This document shows positions 7,625 through 15,100 of a DNA stretch of 22,534 nt, piece after piece. Origin of the DNA: Candidatus Thorarchaeota archaeon (lineage in GTDB: Archaea > Asgardarchaeota > Thorarchaeia > Thorarchaeales > Thorarchaeaceae); the NCBI GenBank assembly GCA_048882045.1, contig JBHLRZ010000044.1:1-22534 (forward strand). The letters run 5' to 3'. Position numbers and translations under genes: made by a program. Position 1 is the stretch's first letter, and every line of letters starts with the position of its first letter. The notes beneath the pieces are model-generated. The model saw only the letters and a list, made by a program, of their open reading frames with translations, made no database searches and was not told the origin of the DNA.

Positions 7625-10063
7625 TCATAATCTTCTGAATTTGATCTCTGACAACAACCACGAGTGTATGTCTTGAGATGATGCCATGGTGTATGATGTT
7701 TCTGTATCCGCTATCGAAAAACTGTCAAGCACAGAAGGTAGATAGTTAGGGTCTAACATTCCAAGAATTGTAAAATAGCCATTTGAGTTTGATATTATGT
7801 CAGGGACAAAAAGACCAGCTGCTTCTACTGAGCGAGTCCAAATACTGGTGCCGTCTGCATCAAAACACTCAAGGTGCAACCCTGAATTGCGCCCGCCCAT
7901 CCCACGTATGCCAGCTGCTTCAAAAGCTACGAATCGGTCTGGACTCAGCTCCATAATCCCATGCACATAGAGGCTGACATTCTTCTCCCATAGGATGACA
8001 CCTTCATTGTCAAATCGAATGATGTAACTATCGAACCAACCAAAGTAGTCACCGTTACTGCATTGTGTTATCCAGAGATTCCCATAGAAATCTTCGACTT
8101 CTGCGGTAGTGTAGATCCTTGAAAACTCCCCGCCCTGGTCGTCAAATCTGGCTACTCCAATGGGACCCTCCCATCCTGGTTCCAAAGGCATTGTGAACCC
8201 TCCAGCTAAATCCTCAGTAATGTCTGCGGATAAGGCATATCTCGGATGTTCACAGGGATACGTATTGTTCCAGACAACACTTAGGTCTGCATCAATACGC
8301 GCTATCCAATATGTCCAACCTGAATAATAAGGTGAGGTTTCCTTATGAAGAATGAATTCCCCATCACCATAGTGTGAAAATCCGTTCAAATAACCACAGT
8401 GCCATGTCCTTTCCCGGACTTGTTCGCCTTCATCGTCAATAATGAGAATCTGAAATCTAGCCCTATCAGACCATTCCCGTTCAAATGCGTAATCATCGAT
8501 GTAGTGTCCGATTGCGAGGTCCCCATTATTCCTCTCTGCTATTGAACGAATCTCCCAGGTTTTTCCGTATGTTCTGTTCCAAACTATGTTGTATTCCTCA
8601 TCAGTCCGGATGACCCACAGCTCGCGATCATCGTATTTTGAATCAGCAATGTCGATTTGGTGATAACCTGCAATTGCAAACCCTCCATCGGTCAACTCTG
8701 TTATCTTTCCCCAAAACGGAACGGAGCTCAGGCGAAAATTAGTATCATATGTCATATTGTGTACAAGATTGCCATCCTGATCCACATCTAATAGCCATAT
8801 ATCGAAATCTTCTGGTGTTTCTGATTCAAATTGGTAAAGTACAGAAGATAGATAGTGAGGATCCACCATCCCAAGAATAGATAGACCACCATCAGCGTTG
8901 CTTATGATGTCTGGGACGAAAAATCCATCAGCCTGAATTGAGCGTATCCAAATTGTAGTACCGCCAGCATCAAAGCATTCGAGATACATGCCTGAACCAC
9001 CCCACCTGTTGTTACGAACATCAACTGCTGAGAAGACAACGAATCGGTCAGGACTCAGCTCTTGAAACCCGTGCACATTGAAGTCAATGGTCTTCTCCCA
9101 AAGGATGTCTCCTTCAATGTTAAAACGGATGATGTATCTAGGACCTCCAGCCAGGTAGTCGCCATTACTGCATTGTATCAGAGTAAGATATTGCCCCGTT
9201 TCAATCGAATTTGTGAAGACTCTTGAAGTTTCATTACCTTGGTCGTCTAGTCTGACTATTCCGATAGGACCGTCCAACCCTGGTTCCAAGGGCATCGTGA
9301 ATCCTCCAGCCATGTCTTCTAGAATGTCTGTGTGTGTGGCAAAACTGGGGTATGTCTTGTTCCAGACAACACTCAGATCTGTATCAATACGAGCAATCCA
9401 AAAGGGAGAGCTATCTGGTGTGTGGTAGATCTCTTTTGCAAGAATGAATCCTCCATCATCACAGTGAGAAAATCCACTCAACCACCCATAACTAAAACTC
9501 CAACTCTGTTCCCTGACATATTCGCCTTCACCATCAATAACCAGTATCTGGAACGTACTCCTTTCATTTGCGTAATCATCAATATAGTGTCCGATTGCTA
9601 AGTCCCCATTATTCATCTCTGATATTGCACGTACTTCGAATGATATTCCATATGTTTTGTTCCAAACTATGTTGTAATCCTCATCAGTCCGTATAACACA
9701 CAGTTGATGATAGTAAGGGACTGAATACTGGGTGTCAGCATAACCTGCAATTGCAAACCCTCCATCGGTCAACTCTGTTATCTTTCCCCAAAATGGAACA
9801 GAGTCAGAACGGAGATTGGTTTCGTAGATAGCATTCTTCACAAGATTGCCATCCTGATCCACGTCTAGTAGTAACACATCGAATTCATACGATCCTGAAA
9901 AAAAGAATGGAAATATCATTTGGCTTGAGAGAACTGATATGTAGAGGATTGTCATCAGACTGATTGACATTAGGGTTGTCCGAGGATTCTGACGCCAAAA
10001 TCCACTCCTATGAATAGGAGGAATCTGGCAGACTCTCGATTTCTCCTTCATTATTTGTCCCAT
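7625..10063 (-). CDS. Membrane-anchored or secreted protein made of two tandem beta-propeller-like halves
   Basis: N-terminal hydrophobic segment, then repeated W-N-x-T-Y / D-x-x-G-x-x-x-W blade motifs. Two ~360-aa copies each begin FD[V/I]xLLDVDQDGNLV.N..Y.TN.R..SVPFWGKITELTDGGFAIAGY. Confidence 0.85.
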   Translation of the reverse strand: MGQIMKEKSRVCQIPPIHRSGFWRQNPRTTLMSISLMTILYISVLSSQMIFPFFFSGSYEFDVLLLDVDQDGNLVKNAIYETNLRSDSVPFWGKITELTDGGFAIAGYADTQYSVPYYHQLCVIRTDEDYNIVWNKTYGISFEVRAISEMNNGDLAIGHYIDDYANERSTFQILVIDGEGEYVREQSWSFSYGWLSGFSHCDDGGFILAKEIYHTPDSSPFWIARIDTDLSVVWNKTYPSFATHTDILEDMAGGFTMPLEPGLDGPIGIVRLDDQGNETSRVFTNSIETGQYLTLIQCSNGDYLAGGPRYIIRFNIEGDILWEKTIDFNVHGFQELSPDRFVVFSAVDVRNNRWGGSGMYLECFDAGGTTIWIRSIQADGFFVPDIISNADGGLSILGMVDPHYLSSVLYQFESETPEDFDIWLLDVDQDGNLVHNMTYDTNFRLSSVPFWGKITELTDGGFAIAGYHQIDIADSKYDDRELWVIRTDEEYNIVWNRTYGKTWEIRSIAERNNGDLAIGHYIDDYAFEREWSDRARFQILIIDDEGEQVRERTWHCGYLNGFSHYGDGEFILHKETSPYYSGWTYWIARIDADLSVVWNNTYPCEHPRYALSADITEDLAGGFTMPLEPGWEGPIGVARFDDQGGEFSRIYTTAEVEDFYGNLWITQCSNGDYFGWFDSYIIRFDNEGVILWEKNVSLYVHGIMELSPDRFVAFEAAGIRGMGGRNSGLHLECFDADGTSIWTRSVEAAGLFVPDIISNSNGYFTILGMLDPNYLPSVLDSFSIADTETSYTMASSQDIHSWLLSEIKFRRL
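7730..9886 (-). repeat. Intragenic tandem duplication of ~1.08 kb
   Basis: An identical 54-bp block occurs at 8663-8716 and 9740-9793 (offset 1077). Protein similarity extends through SILGMVDPHYLSSVL / TILGMLDPNYLPSVL. Confidence 0.9.
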
Positions 10064-10518
10064 CGCAGTCGTCTCCTGATAGTTTCGAACAAGAAATCAC
10101 CAAGCTCAGTTGGGGGCATATCCGGAGGAAGGGGAACATCCCACTCTTCAGCCAAGGTATGTAGGGTCTCCTTGCATTGTTCCTCCATGTCGCATGTTCC
10201 ACAGTCGCCCTTGTGGATGTACCAGTTCCGTACACCGATCTTGGGGGAATAAGTGATGTACGTCTGAGAGTCATAGGCATAACAATACCCCTCGGCAATG
10301 CCATATTGAGTACTCAGACGTTTTATCTTCACTCTGTTCACCGTTGCTGTGTGCTCTATGAGTTTCTTGATTCGACTCTCTGCTCTCTTCTGTTCCATGG
10401 TTACAAAGGGTCTTGACACCTTCAAGTCTTTCGCTATCTCTGACGGTCTGTCGTTTTGACGCCGTCTGTTCCAGATGAGGTTCTGCTGCTTAGTCGGATA
10501 TCGTAGGTTGCTGAACAT
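10051..10518 (-). CDS. HTH-containing protein with C-terminal His/Cys cluster (putative metal-binding regulator)
   Basis: HTH-like PSEIAKDLKVSRPFV and a cluster WYIHKGDCGTCDMEEQC (H-x3-C-x2-C-x5-C). GGAGAG RBS. Overlaps both neighbouring genes. Confidence 0.75.
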   Translation of the reverse strand: MFSNLRYPTKQQNLIWNRRRQNDRPSEIAKDLKVSRPFVTMEQKRAESRIKKLIEHTATVNRVKIKRLSTQYGIAEGYCYAYDSQTYITYSPKIGVRNWYIHKGDCGTCDMEEQCKETLHTLAEEWDVPLPPDMPPTELGDFLFETIRRRLRWDK

Positions 10519-11086
10519 CTAAATCTCTCCATTTATTATTCGACACATTCGAGTTATCTCCTGAGGATGTTACGGAAAAGTACGGTGACCCTAGGTAAAT
10601 GACCAAGGCTAGATTCAAAATCAGAGAGAGAGGAACCAAGTAGAAAAGAGTCCCCCATACACTGTCATATGAGTGCATAAGTTCCATAAACCATTCCTCC
10701 GGGCCTGAAAATTGTTCCATGTATCCAAGATATTGCACATTCATGATCATTGGAATGAAGATGGCTAGTATCAGAATGATTCCAAATAGACTGACCAGAA
10801 GAGATGAATTCCAGGCCTTCTCTTTTGATGCCAACAGTCCGTAGGACAATACTAATCCAATTGCGCCCCATATAAGTGGTAAATTCACAAAGAAGAGGGG
10901 TGAAAGAAAGTCCTTATAGTAATAGGACCAAGTCTCCCAGGGGAAGATAACCTCCCCTATGAGACTTGTAACGTTGGACGAATAAACTCCTAGAAGTAAA
11001 AAGAGAATTGCTGCAATCAACTGGAGAAATGCAGCTATTGACTTTTCACTCAGGGACATTATAGCTGTCCAAGGTTTCATATTCAA
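10490..11086 (-). CDS. Hypothetical membrane protein (about 4 TM)
   Basis: Four hydrophobic segments and a GAGGGAG upstream. Co-oriented and tightly packed with its neighbours. Confidence 0.75.
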   Translation of the reverse strand: MNMKPWTAIMSLSEKSIAAFLQLIAAILFLLLGVYSSNVTSLIGEVIFPWETWSYYYKDFLSPLFFVNLPLIWGAIGLVLSYGLLASKEKAWNSSLLVSLFGIILILAIFIPMIMNVQYLGYMEQFSGPEEWFMELMHSYDSVWGTLFYLVPLSLILNLALVIYLGSPYFSVTSSGDNSNVSNNKWRDLDVQQPTISD

Positions 11087-11104
11087 TCTCTCCCTCTTTT
11101 TCTT

Positions 11105-11707
11105 TCAATTGCTCTGTGGTTTGCTCATTAGAACGCCAGAGAAGGGTAATAACCAAAGAATGAGAGAATAGGCGTTCATTCTCTCCATTCCGCCCGGTCC
11201 TATTCCCAAATCTGTAGCAGTAAGAACTAGAACTGTTGTTAGGACACCAAGTACTCCCATGATTATGTGGATGTATGAGAAGGGAGGATTCACCAATTTG
11301 TATCCTACGAAGATTGCTCCTACAGCAGAAAAAATTCCCACGGTCGTGAGAAACACGTGCATTGGAAACCCACCAAAGAGATGACTTGTTGCCATTGGAA
11401 CAGCTCCTGCTCCCAAAATCCCTAATCCTCCCACACATAGGAGTATTGAAAATAATTTAGAAGGGAAGAAAGGTTCTTGAGCTGCAACTCGATATAGGAT
11501 GATTGCTCCAATTGCTACGAAACCACCCTGGATTATCATGATCATGTCAAAGATGAGTCCATTTGTGCCAAGAGCAAGCTCACTGACGAAATTTGCTGAA
11601 ATGCTATACCCTGGTTCCACCATTGCTAATATCATACTCATAAATACAAACTGGACAGTTCCAAAGAATATGAACAGCCCAGCTGTCTTTTCACTTACTA
11701 GATTCAT
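11105..11707 (-). CDS. DUF998-like membrane protein
   Basis: Motifs PGYSISANFVSELA, G-x-G-x-x-P, an intramembrane His (PMHVF) and GIGPGGMER. About 5-6 TM segments. GGTGA RBS. Confidence 0.8.
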   Translation of the reverse strand: MNLVSEKTAGLFIFFGTVQFVFMSMILAMVEPGYSISANFVSELALGTNGLIFDMIMIIQGGFVAIGAIILYRVAAQEPFFPSKLFSILLCVGGLGILGAGAVPMATSHLFGGFPMHVFLTTVGIFSAVGAIFVGYKLVNPPFSYIHIIMGVLGVLTTVLVLTATDLGIGPGGMERMNAYSLILWLLPFSGVLMSKPQSN

Positions 11708-12160
11708 AGTATCACAATCACCACGCGATTAACCAATCTCTATTAATGAGATTAACAAATATGTGTTAACAACTTCTTAATAAATCCTTCGACAATTCGT
11801 AACTCTTCCAATCTACTGAGTTACATAATATAATTTTCCCACTTGCCAAATCTCGTTCCTATTTTCAGATTGAAATGTTATTTTGAACAATGGTAACAAT
11901 CTGTTATAGTAATTAGTTGTTCAATGAAAGTTCCTACTCAACTTCCTCCTCAAGTCACCGATCACAAAAGAAAGATGACGGAACTCATCTTACTGCATAA
12001 GACTAGTTAATTGATCTAACTATGAACAATTTGCTATAATTCCGTCTTGACCATAGTCCGTTAAATTATTCCAGTCCATACCGTGTAAGGAAACAATGGC
12101 TCTATTATTTAGCTATTGTTAATACTTGCCAGTAAAATTGACAAGGAGCGGAGATTTACT

Positions 12161-15100
12161 TTGTCGCGAATCAGGAGTGCACTCCTGAAAAACACGAGAA
12201 GGAGTGCGTTAGCCGTAGCTATAATCCTCATTATTGTTGTGTCATCCTTTGGGATATTCTATTTTCTTCCACAGGGGCCAGGACCTATGGGAGGGGACAA
12301 TGATGGAATGCCCGACAGCTGGGAGATGTTGTATGGATTGGACATGAATGATCCCAGTGATGCACAGTTGGACAAGGACGGGGACGGACTTACCAATCTG
12401 GAGGAATACCTGCTTGGTACCAATCCCACGCTTGTGGATACGGATAGCGACGGTCTCTGGGATAAGGAGGAAGTCAACCTCGGTACTGACCCCACGAATT
12501 TCGATTCTGACAACGACACCCTCAGTGATGGCGAAGAAGTCCGGATTTACTACACCAATCCCTTGTCTCCTGACACTGATGCAGAAGGTCTCTCTGACGG
12601 AGCAGAAGTGAACACCGTTGGGTCAGACCCGAATGATCAAGACACTGACAATGACATGTTAACTGACTGGGAAGAGTATGTGGAACTCCACACGAATCCA
12701 TTGTTGAATGACACCGACCAGGACACTCTCAAGGACTGGGATGAGCTTCACATCTATGGTACCGACCCCAGACTCAACGATACGGATCAAGACCTCCTGC
12801 TGGACAACGAAGAGATCCAGTATGGTACTGACCCCCTTGATACAGATTCAGATGACGACGATCTGGCCGATGGTTCTGAACCTGACTGGAACGTGGACAC
12901 CGATGGGGACTCCCTGATCAACGCTCTCGACCCTGACTCCGACAATGATCTCCTGATGGATGGTGACGAGATTCTCCTGGGGGCCGATCCCCTTGACAAC
13001 GACTCTGATGACGATAATGTGATTGATGGCTGGGATCCTGCTCCTGTTGACAGTGATGCTGATGACGATGGAATTACCGACGGAAATGAGGCTACGACCT
13101 GGGCTTATTGGTATGAGGCCGAGGATTTGGACCTGGAACAGGGTGTTATAGGGGACGACCCTGATGCAAGGAACGGACGAGCAGTATACGTTTCAGGTCC
13201 AGGATTGGTGTTCAATTCGACGGTACCTAGCTCTCAGGCTGACTACAAGTTCTTCGTGAGGGCGAGGGCACAATTTCCTGAGTCTGCTAATAGATCGATA
13301 CAGCTTGCTATTGAGCAAGACAATGACACCATTGTAGCTTATGACATGCACCTCTTGACTGGTATTTATCGGTGGTATTCCACCCCCTTCTTTAACGCGA
13401 GTAATGGTCAGCTCCGGATTATAGTAAATGCCAGTCATGCCTGGGTTGTTATTGACCGTGTTGCGCTGGTCAGAATGGACAGTATCAACTCAGAGACGAC
13501 AGACCCTCTTGACCAAGATACCGATGGTGATGCGGTCATTGAAGGTCGTGAGTCTGTTCTGAATTCATATTGGTATGAGGTTGAAGATTTTGCTTGGGGT
13601 CCTACGCAAATCTTCGACAATGTGAATGCAAGCAACAGCAAACATGTCACTCCGTTGCCTGATGGACGGGTCGCATTCATTTCCGACCCGTCCTATATTT
13701 TTCCGATGGGGACCTATGTTGTATTTGTTCGCGCGATAAGCACCACCCTCAACACCAGTAACACTCTGGAGGTCGATATCACGCTTGGTGGAGACCCTAT
13801 TACCATTCCTCCGGTTCAATTTGCCCTTGTGAGACAGGTTGTCTATGGTGTGATAGTAAGGGATGTCAATCTCTACGAGTGGAACTTTGCCCTCAAGTTC
13901 GACCTCTTGCAGAATGACACAATAGACATCGATCTGAGGGCCCTCGGTTCACTGAGCGATATCTTTGTCGACAAGGTCCTGCTGATGAAGCTCGAGTACT
14001 GGCAGGACACTCAGTTCATTTCCTACGACAACGGTACTGTGATCGTGTCGTCTGTGATGAACGTCCCTAGAGGCATTTCCGACCCTATGGACATTGACAC
14101 TGATGGGGACGGATATCGAGCGGATGATGGATTTTCACCCGGCTCTTCTGGCTGGCTCACAGATGGCTTTGAGTTGAATGAGATTGGGACCAACCCATTT
14201 GACATCGATACAGATCGCGATGGAGACGCTGACAATGTCGATCCCAATCCCAACAGTGGGGATACTGATAAAGATGGCATCTTTGATTACATTGAGATTT
14301 TGAGCAGTTACAATGGAACTCCGACCGACCCGCTCAATGCAGACACAGACGGGGATTACATACGAGACGGTGACGAGGACCTGAACCTCGATGGAAGTCT
14401 CACGACAGGTGAGACCAATCCGACTCTCGTTGATACAGACATGGACGGACTTCAGGATGGTACAGAGATTGGTATCGTGAGTCCTGATACTGTTCCTGTG
14501 GGTCCTCCTGTCATCACAGATCCACTGAATCCAGACTCAGACGGGGACACGCTTTTGGATGGGTTCGAGGATGCTAACGCAAATGGGCAATATGAGCCAG
14601 CCCTGAATGAGACCAGGGCTGATAGACCTGACACCGACATGGATGCATTGAACGACAACGAGGAACCGATTTATTCCACAGATCCAAACAATCGTGATAC
14701 AGATTATGATCTGATTTTAGACGGCCATGAGATTTTTTGGTATGGTACGAACGCCACAGATTCAGACACTGATGACGAGGGCCTTCTTGACGGATTCGAG
14801 GTCCGCAGATTCTCGACAAACCCATTACTTCCGGACACCGATTCTGACACTCTCACAGATTGGGAAGAAATTGTGATATATCACACAAATCCATTATCGG
14901 ATGATAGTGATGGTGATGGTCTGTTCGACAATGAGGAAGTCCAGACATATGGAACGGACCCGAACCATCCTGATACGGATCGAGACGGAGTTTCAGACTA
15001 TGACGAGGTCCAAGCTGGTACAAACCCGCTGAACGCGCCTCCTGTGGCTCGTTTCGGACTGAGGAGAGATGCGTACAGGAATCTCGTGGTGCAGTTTGAT

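Noticed and set aside
7730-9886. Duplicated halves as a diversity-generating retroelement TR/VR pair
   Set aside because: In the stretch I compared, differences are not adenine-specific and include synonymous changes and indels. No reverse transcriptase is present in the window.
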